Origin: Monocercomonoides exilis PA203
Lineage: Eukaryota; Protista; Preaxostyla
Direction: 5' to 3'
Assembly (NCBI GenBank): GCA_001643675.2
Contig: LSRY02000037.1
Coordinates: forward strand, 496,001 to 560,000
Length of the DNA: 64,000 bases
The position numbers and the translations under genes are program-made. The notes under the pieces are model-generated. The model was not told where the DNA came from. It saw nothing but the letters and a program-made list of their open reading frames with translations, and did no database searches. This document shows, in pieces, positions 14,301-26,291 of this stretch. Within the stretch, counting starts at the first letter, position 1, and each line of letters starts with the position of its first letter.

Positions 14301-17300
14301 TGATCAGTGGAATCAGATCAACATCAACCTTGTCAACATCATCCCTCCCACAAATCGAGTTGTTCGACTTCAAAGCATCCTGGCTGAAGTCCAGAACAAA
14401 CAGCGTCTCATTCACCTGCCCTGCAATCGAATAGCACTTGATGAACACATCCTTCCCCACAAACGCTTCATTCATCACAAATCGAATGTTCTCCAGTCTC
14501 ACCCCAAGAGCTGGCATTTCCTTTTCAACCGATTCAGCTTTCGGATCAACTGCATCAATCATCATCCCTCCTCCTCTCCCATCTGCTGTCGAGCACATGC
14601 ACATCACAAGCGAGCATCCTCTCACTTTCAATTCTGATTCCCCACTCTTCAGACACATCTTCACCCCTCCACCTTCCTCGCTCCTCTCGCTCACACACTT
14701 CGTCAGCACACACCCTTCCACCACACACTCCACACCGACCCCAAACGAATCCACACTCACAACACATGCTCCATTCTCTCCACATGAAATGTTTGTGAAT
14801 GTCGACTCATTCACTCTCACAACTGTGTTCGCGTTTCTTTCTTCTCTTTTCGTGAATTGGAAATTGTGTGATCCCTCAGTCAGCGAGATCAGACTTCCCC
14901 CTGATATTGTTGTGTTTTATATCGACACATTCACCACTGAAATCACTTCCACTTCTGCTCCAAACTCCACAAACCCTTTCGCTACACTCAACTCAGAAAG
15001 CGTGAAATCCTCAATTGCAAGACTTCCTCCATCCACTTTCACAACACAATACTTCATCTCTCTCATTTCCTCAGAACAATCAATCGAACAACTCACAACC
15101 GAAAGAATTGCAGAGGAAGACGATGATTGAATGAATGACGAATGCCTCCCCAATTCGTTCGGCATTGTGAATGATATGTTCTTGAATGAAAGATGAACAT
15201 TCGAAACAACCATCGATTCACTTTCTTCATTTCCATCCATTTCTCTCACTTTCAAAACTGTCCCTTTCTTTTCTCCTTCAATTGTCACAATGGGAGTTTC
15301 TGTCAATGAAGGAGGTGATGGAAATGATATTCCTCTGTTGAGTGCTCCTGTTCCAACAATGTTGATGTGTGATTCCCCTTCTCCAAGTGGTTCATATCTC
15401 AGTGATATCAAGTGCTCAATCGATGAACATGGCACTTCTGAAAATCCACACCCACTGAAGTCTCTTCCTCTCTCCTTCGAAACAAACCCATTCCCACTCC
15501 AGTTTGACCACAAATACACAACCAATGGAATCACATATCCTTCCTCTCCTGTTGTCTTCCTCTCCCATCCACACAACTCATCCAATGATTCCAACTCCTC
15601 TGAACTCATCTCCCATTTGAAGTTCTCTTTGTTCACAACCTCACTCAGATTCCATCCTGAAACAAACGCATTCTTCCCTTTCCAGGCATTGCATCCCTCA
15701 AATGTCATTCCTTCCAAAACAAATGTTCCCATTTGATTGGGAAGTTCAACAAACATCCCTCCTCCCATTCCTCTTCCTCCCTCTTCGCTATCCTCTGATG
15801 GCACTTCACATTCAGATAAATTCACCTTTTTCATTTCCAAGCTCCCTCCATTCCCCACCGATATCATCATTCCTCCTCCTTTCATCCCACTTCCACCTGA
15901 ACATCTCGAGGATATATTGCTTTCTTCAATACAAACACTTCCCCCTTCTTCCTTCATCACAAAATTCAAACATCCTCCTCCAATTCCACCTTCCACTTCC
16001 ACTTCCACTCCACTCACTCTGCTGTTCAAAATCTCCAATCTCATTCCCTCACTCATTGATATTGGTGATTTCCCATTCATTGTCACTGACCCTTCCATCA
16101 CAAATCCATTCATAATAAATCCTCCTCCCTCAATGTTTATCACATTATATCCTATTTTTCCATCAGTCAATGCCCCACTTTCAAATGAAACAGAACAGTT
16201 CGTCACACTGAGTGTTGAATTTGAGAGAATGAATGCTTTTCTCCTTGAATTCAACTGACCTTTCACAACAAATGAAAGTCTGCTCATTGTCAGTGAACTC
16301 GAACATCCAACAAGCCAGTCTTGTGTGGCTGACCCTCCATCACTCACATTCACCTGCATCCTCTCCTCCTCCAATGATTCTATTCTGCCTGTAATTATAA
16401 CATCAAATGATGGTCCTGTTATTTCCTTCGTTATTGACGAAGATGAAACAACCTCAATTTCTTTTGAACTTTCACTCAATCTTGAGTTTGCACAATAATC
16501 AACTGTCAAACACCTGAATTCATCAAATCCGCAATGGTTGTGATCCTTCCCATTTCCTCCACTCCCATCAACAATCACCTTCGTTCCCATTGTGCACAAA
16601 TACACAAACAGTGGGATAACTGGAAATGATGCTCCATCCTCACATCCACACAACTTCTCTTCATTATTCATGTAGTTTCCATCTTTGAAGAATCCAAAGG
16701 ATGTTTGATTAATTATCTCTTCCAATAAAAGCCCGCTTTCACATTGAACAAACACATCACTTCCATGAAAAGCTCTGTTTTTGTTTTCTTCAGAAAATAT
16801 CACATTTTCACAAACGGTGAATTCTGAATCAGTCGAATCAACACTTATGAATAACCCTCCTCCTCTCCCTTTTTCCTCAAGAGTTCCTGCACAACAACCC
16901 TCAAACATCGATGTTCCATTCACAATCAACTCTCCTTTCCATTCTCCTCTCATTGCCAGTCCACCTCCATCTTTTTCTGCTGGCACATTCTCAAAATGGC
17001 AGTTTTCAACAATAACAATTCCTGTGGATGTATCACATCTCTCAATAATTCCACCACTTCCTGACAGCCTTTGAATCAATGTGAAATTTGTGTTCACCAC
17101 ATGCAAAACTGATCCAGACTGATTCACATTGAATGAAATCAAACTGTCAGACAAGAAATTCTTGCCAGTAATTCCAACTCCCGACAATTCCACATTTCCT
17201 CCAAATATGCACATGAAAGACACTTCAAGCTGTAATTTACTTTCAACTGATGATATTTCGCATTCCTCCATTGTCAACGATCCATCACCGTCCATCACCA

Positions 17301-19125
17301 CAAATGGCTTGCTTTCCCCGCTCTCTGCATTCCCTTGGAGCGTTGTCACTTTCTTTACACAAAAGGCTCCAGATGAAATATCAAAGACTGGCTGTAATGA
17401 TGATGCCGATTGCACAACACATTCATTCTTTGACAATCCACAAACGCTGAATTCACTGGAAGAAATAGATATTTGTTCTTCTTTGAACACACTTGGTCTC
17501 AGGATCAGTGTTTTGTTCGAATTGCTTGTTGTTCTCTTAAGCGAATATTTGATTGATCGACAGAAAGGTGCAAAACCACATTGCTCATGATCAATGCCAA
17601 CTGAATAGTCAACTGTAACTTGGTGATTGTTTTCATTATCTTTCAGCCAAGAACTCATATCAGATATATCAGAACATGCATAGAATCCATCATTGCATTT
17701 TGTGATTCTCGGTGAAGCGCTCGAAGAGTAACATTCAGAAATGTTGTTTTCACCAATTGTCATCCACTGTTGAAAATGCCCAATGTGAATATCATGTCCG
17801 TATTTATCAATTTTAGCTGTATTGTTATGGAAAAGACACCATTTTATATTTAGCGAAGGTTGGTTAAATTCTTCTTCTTCAGCAAAAAATATACAAGGAG
17901 CATAGTCTTCGCTTTTGCAATTCTGCATAAGGCAATTTGATATCAATATTGATGTGCTGACATGCCAGATATGAGTTACAGATGAGTAAAGAACACAGCT
18001 TGCATTGTCGAAAATACATGAAACAACTGAGCAAGGATTCTTTTTGCATGAATGCCAATAAAAACATGTTTTGCTATTTGAAGAGCAATTAATCATTGAA
18101 GTCGAATTAATCACGCCAGAACCAATATTTAATAATCTGAATCCTCCTGTTTCTTTTGAAGACGAACATTTATAAGCATGACAATCTTCTGAAAAAAACA
18201 TTCCATCTGAATCAAACATTGCAACAGCACCACCGTCTCCTTTTGAAACGCATTCTAAGAATGTGCATCGATGTAAAATTATTGAAGCATTACCATTACC
18301 ATACAATGCCCCGCCATTTTTTTCGCTCTGAAAATTAAATGTGTCATCATCAAACACATTTTCTCCTTCTGTGAAATTTTGTCTTTCATGATAAGTTGTG
18401 TAACACTTCAAAAATGATGAATTTCCGCAGCGAAAAGAGATTATTGCAGGCGAAAGAATGCCTCCAGAATATGGACTTTCGCAACCAATCATCACTGTTC
18501 TTTCCACCAGGACTCTCTCAGAGCATCCATTTTCATTGTCGCACTTTTTCATTGATTTTGGTAAAGTGATGTTTTCGAACAAACAATCAGTCACAGATAT
18601 TGATGAAAGACAACTCGAAGAAAGAAATGGTTCATTTCCAAGAACTTCAAATGATGAAATCCTTGAAGAAGACAAGAACAATTCACCACAATGAGGAAGA
18701 ACTTCTTTTGAATGATGCGCAATCAAAGACGATAATTGACGATCATGAACCACAAAATTAAATGAAATATTGCTGAGACGTATTCGGCCTCCTGAACAGT
18801 CAAGCAGATTTTTTGATTGTGGAAGAATTGAAAACGAACAACTGCAAATACTCAATTGTGAATGATAATCAAAAGATGCAAAATGTTTCTCCGTGTTCAT
18901 GTTGCAGAAAATTGCAGACAAGTTAATTGTTGAGTTCTGGACAACAACAAATGATTGTCGTTCAACCAATTCATCTTGTTCACTCTTTTCATTATTTGTG
19001 TCCTCATTGAATAAGCCTGGCTTTTCTGAAATACAAATTGTTGCGAAAGGCTTGTACAAATAATTGTTATTGCAACAATTCCCCTTGGATAACAAAAATA
19101 TTTCTATAAACCACAGGATTAACAT
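11377..19125 (-). CDS. Receptor-like type I membrane protein with beta-helix-like ectodomain and degenerate kinase domain (copy 1); one in-frame TAA at 14917-14919
   Basis: ORFs 14917-19125 and 11377-14820 are in the same frame and separated by one TAA. Signal-peptide-like MLILWFIEIFLLSKGNC; GGA(I/L/V) and GxDxxxCGxxxxPC repeats; TM YWLLIVIIMAVILVIVLVVSIILAV; kinase C-lobe motifs WKAPE, VFSIGMMLWECLTLQIPF and DPSARP. Confidence 0.8.
11711..12480. repeat. 770-bp inverted repeat, partner of 32208-32977
   Basis: Manual comparison found one mismatch (GCAACG vs GCAACA). Antisense shadow ORFs 11804-12028 and 32660-32884 are identical. Confidence 0.9.
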
Positions 19126-20512
19126 TATAAACTGTTTTGATCAAAAATATTTTATAATATATATGATCATGAATTTGTAAAAAAATATTTCAAAAATTTT
19201 TGTTAAATGTTGGAATGAATAAGCATTTTCAAAATGAAAACTCAAAACAACTAATAATTTCTTAACTGAGTTTAAATTGAGAATGATCTTTATGAAAAAA
19301 CTGTTGTGAAAATAGTATTATGAATCGAAAGAAAAAAAGTTAGGTATTTTCGTAAAGACTGCATTTTTTGAAAAAAAATATAAAGAAAAATAAGATGACA
19401 ATCAATCAAAAATTAACCAAAAAATTTCCTTTCAGTTCTAAAATTCATTCATCAAATGATGTTCAATTTTATTTTCAATGCAAAATATGATTCAGCTGTC
19501 AAGGATCCCGGTTTTTATGTAAAAAAGAAAACACATTTATTCAGAAATGTACAAATCGCAAATTGCTTGATAAAAAATTTCCTCATTACACTTCTTCCTT
19601 CTTCATTTGAAAAGTTCTTCATTCAATTCTCTCAACATTTTCATTGGATAAATCTTCTCAAAACAATTGCAGCAGAGTTTTCTTTTTTTTCTTTTTTCTT
19701 TTTTCTCTTTTGTTCAAAAATCTTTTTGTGAATCTCCACTAATTTTAGTTTCATTGCTCTTCATTTCATTTTCATTCATTGTTGGAAAGTGGCTGAATAC
19801 AAATTTGATTGAGTTGAATGTTTTTCATTTTCGAAATTGAATGAAAAAGAAGAAAAAGAATAAGAAGAAGAAGAAGAAGAAGAAGATGAGGAGGAGGAGA
19901 AGAAGAATGAGAAGAATAGGAAAATCACAATTTTTGTTGAATGTTCTTCAGATTCAACTGAAAATGTTGATTCTATGCAAATTTTTTTTCTCTCTTCTCT
20001 TCTCTTCTTATCTTTTCTTATTTGTTTTTTCGCATGCTCATTTTCTTTCTTCTTTCTTCTTCATCTCATTTTCTTCTTCTTCTTCTTCTTTTCTTTTCTG
20101 AGATGAGATGAGATGAGATGAATGGAAATGCGTTGAACATTCGCTTCACAGACTCCAAAAATAATCTAGTGAGCATTTTGGCACATTCAGATATCTTATC
20201 TTGTCTGCCAAATCAGGCAGTATTTCATGAAAGCTCGTCATGATATCTTCATATCCCTCTTCTTCTTTCCATTCAAGCACTTTTCTTTTCATCTCTTTTC
20301 GTTTTGCTTCATCTTCCTCATTTTCCATCTTTCCCTTCAATCTTTCACAAAGCTCTATGAATGGAAGTTTCCAATAAAAAATCCGAGGAATTCTCAGATT
20401 TGATTCAACTGCTTCCCCAAGCATAGCATCAATAGCTCCTTCTTTCAGCAAGTCATCAATTTCAATAGCGCTGTTTCCCGTAGCACTTCTTTAACATTCA
20501 ACAATTTCATTA

Positions 20513-22519
20513 GGGTTATAATTTTATCTCGACCTTTTTTTTTTATCTTGACCTTTTTTTTTAATTAATCATTAACTTTTCCCACAATTTCATATTTTTA
20601 AAGATTTTTAAGTATATATATGAATTCAACAGATAAAAATAAATACATTTTGAAACAAACCCAATTTCGCATGGGGGGGAGATGGGGGGGTTTAGCCCCT
20701 TCATTGAACTTCTGTGTGGAATTGGAGGGTTTCATGGGGCATAAAACCTTAAGTTTGTTTAAAATGTTATTTTTCGTTTTTTTTTTCATTTCATTTCAAT
20801 TAAAAAAATAAAAAATTATTATGATCTTAAAAATATTATTAAAAAAATGAAAATATCAACAGAAATAAAATTAAAAGAAGGAAAGAAAAAACTGCAGCGC
20901 GCAATGTCTTCGCGTAAGTACAGGAAGTATCACAGTCGGCTGGAGCGAATGGCTCACAACGTTGTTGATGGAGTTGTTCGTATAACTGATGCTATCAATT
21001 CTAAGGAATTCAGTCGCACTGGAATAAAAAATGCAGTTAGAGCGCTGAGAAAAGGAAGGCTGGTTGGAAAAATTGGCAGACCTGCAGCAGTTGTTGGCGA
21101 AAAGGAACAAAGAGTTTTGGATATTATTCACATTGAAGCAAAGTCTGGAACATGTTTAACTTTGAAAAAAACAAGAGAATTGGTTTGTTTAATTTTTATT
21201 TATATGTTTTAATCATTTGTTTTTCAGATAGAAAATGTTATAAACGACAACGATGATGAAGACGCACCATTTACTGAAGTTTCAATGTCTGCAACTTACG
21301 GCTTTGTCAAGCGTCATCCGGAGCTGAAGACTGGAACGCCGAAGAATCTGGACATCAACAGACTGGCTGTTTCGTGCAGAAGTGTTTTAAAACCCTGGTA
21401 TAAAACACTCGACGAGCTGCATGAAAAGTTCCATTACTATCCAGCTTTGATTGTAAATGTCGATGAATCTTCAACGCGCGTTCCTACAGATTCTAAACAG
21501 CTTGTAGTGCATACAGCAGATACAAAAGCAGGTTTTACGAAAGAACCACCGAGGATGATCAATTCTTCATTCGTAGCAGCTGTTGCAGCTGACGGATATG
21601 CCTTTCCTTCAGTCATTTTGTGGCCAAGTGCAAAGCTGCCAGAAGAGCTGAAATGCCTATTATCTCCAACGCTTGAGATATGGGCAAATGGAAGCGGCTG
21701 GATGGACAACGAGTGCTTCAAAAGGTATACTCTCATCGTTCTTCTGCCTTCAATCATCGAAAGAAGAAAGCGCATGTCACTTGAAAACAAACACATTCTT
21801 CTCCTTCTTGATTCGCATGCATCTTGCGCAGATCCTTCGATCTGGCAAGAATTCCAAAAACAACAAGTCGACGTTTTAACCTTCGTGCCACACAGCACAC
21901 ACCTCTGTCAACCACTGAACAGAGGGGTGTTTGCTGTATTCAAATCTGAACTGACAAACAGATTTGAGGTTCCCTCTTCTTCTTCATCTTCTTCAAAACG
22001 AGCAGCAATTTCCGACGTTCTGCCTCAAGCCATCCACACTGCATTATCACCTTCTGTAATTCAGAAAGCTTTCGTCTACAGTGGTGTTCTGTACAATTCT
22101 TCTGGGCCAGTTCTTTTGAAACTGCCCGAATCTTCGATTTTCACTCTTCCATCCCGAAGAAATAGATTCAACTTTTATGGAAAAGTGATAACCGAAGAAA
22201 ATCTTTTAGAGAAATGGGAAAATAATTTGAAAATGAATATTGAAAGGAAAAATGAAATGGATGAAAAGGAGAAAGATGAAGTGAAGACTGTTGTGGATGA
22301 AAAGAAAAAAATAAAAAGAAGATTTCTTCATGTGAAAAACGATGATTCTGATGAAGAAAAGAAAGATAATGCATTAAATCGAGCTGAAGGAAAAAGGAAG
22401 ATTATCAGAAGAATTAATTCTGATTTTGTTTTCTTTTAATCATTTTGTTTTTTGAATTTTTTTCACTTCATTTTTTTGGGTCAGAATAAAGAAAAAGGGT
22501 CAAGATAAAATAATAACCC
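20513..22519 (+). mobile_element. pogo/DDE_1-type DNA transposon, element B, full length (2007 bp)
   Basis: 22-bp TIRs GGGTTAT(A/T)ATTTTATCT(C/T)GACC at 20513-20534 and 22498-22519; TA TSD at 20511-12 and 22520-21. Removing the element plus one TA restores the host frame (EDM-INEIVEC). Confidence 0.95.
20847..22439 (+). CDS. DDE_1 transposase, two exons (20847-21182, 21228-22439), ~515 aa, third catalytic residue D to N
   Basis: Phase-0 GT-AG intron 21183-21227 joins the two ORFs in frame. Motifs NVDES, GWMD, LLDSH and PHSTHLCQPLN (N at the D+35 position). Confidence 0.9.
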
Positions 22520-24450
22520 TAATCATATCTTCAGAAAAAAATTTTGCTGCTCGAAATAACTGAACAATAATTCCAATAATCACAGCAAGTTCTTCGTTTC
22601 TCAATTTGCATAAACGCGAGAAAGTTTCCAATGTTCGGACCCATCTCACCAAAACAATCTCTTCTTTCGTTTTTTTTTCTTTTTTTTCTTCTCCTTCTTT
22701 TCTCTTCTTCCAATCCACACATTTGGACAACTCTTCAATCTCTCTTGCTGCCTCTCTCACAAAATGCAGATCATTCACAATAGTATCTTCCAAAAATATA
22801 TTGGTGTGAAATCTGTTTATCAAAAAGTCCCATGCAGACTGATAGGAAAGATGAGTGAGGTTGTGCCGCTTTTGATGATGTTGAATTATCTCTTTGATTT
22901 CATCCAGGTAAAGTTCTTCTGGCACTTTCTAATAAAAATTAGAAAAAGGAAATATAATAACTTCAAAAATAAAATAGATATGTTCACACATATTTATTTC
23001 TAATGCAATTCAAAGCCAGCAAAGCCATTTCCGCTTCTTTCTTTGCGTCCTCATTTTCCTCTTTCATTTATGCAGCTTTCAAAAGACAAGGCACGCAAAT
23101 TGATAATGATTCTGATGAAAGCCACTCCTTAAGCAAAAGATAGCATACGCAAAGATCGGTCAATAACTTTTCATTCATTTCTTCTTTCTTTTTTTCTTCA
23201 TCGATAATCATCTTTTGAAATCTTCCGCTCAGCGAATAACTATCAAAGAATAGGTTCCTGACATTTTTCAGCGCTTTGCAATATCCCACGGACTTCAACA
23301 ACAAAATTGCGCTTTCCAATGACAATGTCTTTTCCTCAATCATTTTGCCTAATTTATAAAACATTCCAGTTGTGAAAACAGACCCAAATTCTTTTTTTTT
23401 CATTTCATTAACTATTTCATTCATTTCCTCAATTTTCTGCATTTGTACATCTTCTGTGCAACGTTCAAGCTCATCGAACAATTCTGCAAAAGGTATTCAA
23501 AAAAACAAAACTTTTGTTCAGAATGGTTCAATCCAAATAAAATGGCAAACTTGAAAACTTCTTGGTTTTGATCGTTGCCTGAATTTCACCTTCAGATATA
23601 TTACCAAAAGGAATCCTCATTCCGCTTGTTGCAAAATGTTTTCAAAACAAACGTAAATCTTAACAAGCAACAAAATAAAAAATAAAAACAAACAACATTG
23701 ATTATCAAGCAAAGTTTAAATAATCTCAATATATTCTGTTTTGTTTTTGCTTTATACAAATATGTGCAATAGAAAATGTTTGGAGGTCAATTGGATTGGC
23801 TGTATGAAGACAAAAATTGGAAATATTTTGTCACTTTTTGATCATAACCAACAGTTTATTAGAAAATAAATGTATTTGCATAATAAAAAAAAAGAATTCT
23901 TTTTTGTCATGAATAGCATATTTCTGATTTTGGAATGGAATCAATTGCAAATACTTTGGCAAAGAGAAAAGGGATAACAGAAAAACAAAAAGTGAATGTA
24001 GAATATTAATTGATTTTTTGTGATGAAGAATGAGTCAAAAACCAAAAACTGATGAAACTTAAAGGTTTTGCATGTTTTGTGAATTGTTGCATTTTTGAGC
24101 TCATTTATCAAAGGATCATTGGGTCGTGAAAGAAGAAAAGAAATAAAATTTTGAAAAACAACATGGATCGACAAAAGAACATGAAAATGAACATGATTTT
24201 GAACATTGAGAACATGCATCCTGAGTGGCAGAATATCAAGTTTCAATACTTCAATTGCTAAGCAATCACGTATCATGAAGAAAAGCAATGAAATCCAGCA
24301 CCAACAGAAAAGATGGAGATTCCCAAGCTTTGTGAGAGTGAAACATCAATTGGATGATATTGAAAGATTTGAACATTCAAGCCCATTTTCATTTCAGCCG
24401 AAATGAGATATGGAGAAGGAGGAGGAGAAGAAAAAGAAAAAGAAAAAGGA

Positions 24451-24547
24451 GAAGAAGAAGAAGAAGAAGAAGAAGAAGAAGAAGAAGAAGAAGAAGAAGA
24501 AGAAGAAGAAGAAGAAGAAGAAGAAGAAGAAGAAGAAGAAGAAGAAG

Positions 24548-24576
<29 letters not shown>
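24451..24576 (+). repeat. (GAA)42 microsatellite
   Basis: Directly visible; no convincing gene context. Confidence 0.95.
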
Positions 24577-24578
<2 letters not shown>

Positions 24579-26291
24579 TGCAGTAGGAGAAGAAGAAAAG
24601 GAAAAAGAGGAGAATCGCCAGCCTTGAACGAAGATGAATCGCTCACGATGTTGTTGTCTGCTGTGAACTTTCAATAAATAGATAGTAACATTACTCGGAG
24701 CTGGAAATATTGTCTGCTTTGGAAGATAATGAAAAATGAATTGTTGTAATTTTGAGGGTTTGAGGGGAACAACTGGTGTAATCAAAAAATGCAACGATAT
24801 TTTTAAAAATAGTTTGGTCTTCGCTTTTCTTATTTGTTGAGGAGCAGAAAACAATTCAGATGTGAGGAGTGAATTTTTTATGTGGCTATGATGGAAGCAT
24901 CTTCGCTAATAAGTTGAAACAGTATCTTCCGCGGCATTGCATCGATTTTGCCTCAGAAAACTGCTTCCTTCGATGCAACAACAACACTCTCGTTTTGTAT
25001 GTGTACATTTTCTGTCTTTTGATTCTGAGAATTCGATTTCTGTACAGCTTCTGGCTTCTCCAAGAAATTAATTCTTCAAATGCATTCATAGATAAATAAT
25101 AAAAACATTTTTCCTTTGCGTAAAAGTGGTGTAAATGCTCCGCGTGAAAGAGTGGTTCTTCCAATATTTCACTGATATCAAATTGAATAACCTTTCTATT
25201 TTGAAGCATCCAGATATAAAAACATTTGTTTCCCTCAAGAAAAACGTAATATCAAGGAAAACAATATCCCTTCGCTTTGCGCATGAAAAATTATCGGTGA
25301 AAATATGATGCCTCCAAGGTTTGAGGATGATACTGGAATAAAACTCAATTTGCGAAGCAGATTGATTCACTTGGAAAACGAATTCGAGACGCTGAAATTT
25401 GTTTTGAAACTTAGAACATATGCTCAAAACAAAGTCTTTATTATGAGTGTTAGCATCAAAGTTGAATGTTCAACTGCCAAATATACAAGGGCAACTGAAA
25501 AATAGAATTATCCAAGGATAAATAACCTTAATAGAGGTGTCTGTCTGCTTTTCTACGAATCAAAAAATAGTGTTGAACATATTAGACGATTATTCCCTGC
25601 ATTTGAATTTTGTTGCTCAAATAGTGGTCTGCCTCTATTTAAACAAAACAGAAAATAGAATAAACATTGTAACAGTGCTTGAATCTCCATTTGTTGAAAA
25701 AGAGCCCCAAAAGATAAATTTCACCTCAAATATCAAGAAATAGATTCATTATCAAAAAGAGAAATCAACACGAATCAGTTTTCAAAACGAATTTTTCCTT
25801 TGATCAAAAATCATTTTCTTCAAAACTGAAACATTTGAAACACGAAATATAGACATTCATTAAATCAATAAGATGAAAATGAATTTTCTTTGAAGTAATT
25901 TTTTTTGATAAAAAAAAAAGAAATATATTCATTTCAATAAAATAATTGAGAAATATTCAAAATCAAACAGTTATTTTTTTTTGAAAATGAATGTTGAAAT
26001 AATTGCGATTTCAATAGAAAAATAATTATTAATTTTTTGATTTCTGAAAAAAAAATGAGAGATATGAAAAGAGTATAGTTGAAAAAATTAAAAAAAAAAT
26101 ATTCATTTTTTCCACAATTGTCAACTTAATTGTAAAAACAAGTTGAGACTTTTTTTTGTAAAAGAAAGGATTTGTTAAATTTTTATAAAATTAAATTAAC
26201 ATCTATTTTTGTGCTTTTTTGAAGTGAGAAATGGAAATATAATATTGGGCGCTGGAATTCTTATTTTGAAATTTCCTCCGCATCCACATCC

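Larger units (their letters stand above)
20146..23490 (-). pseudogene. Unknown multigene family X, copy 1, interrupted by pogo element B and carrying nonsense codons
   Basis: ORFs 23068-23481, 22500-22925 and 20146-20451 are homologous to 48850-50170 and 59872-61221 (shared EKLLxDLC, EMALLAL, LxYQSAW, LHFxREAxRE, CVDWK, EEEGYED). In-frame TAA at 23068-23070 and near 20492. Confidence 0.85.

Noticed and set aside
19500-19525. CCCGGTTTTTATGTA resembling a solo pogo TIR
   Set aside because: Short, partial match with no partner end.
20510-20515. TTAGGG/CCCTAA at element B ends as telomeric sequence
   Set aside because: Single units explained by the TA target plus a GGG-initial TIR; no tandem array.
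23900-25750. Possible decayed gene around the (GAA)42 tract
   Set aside because: Only short ORFs in inconsistent frames and no recognisable motif.
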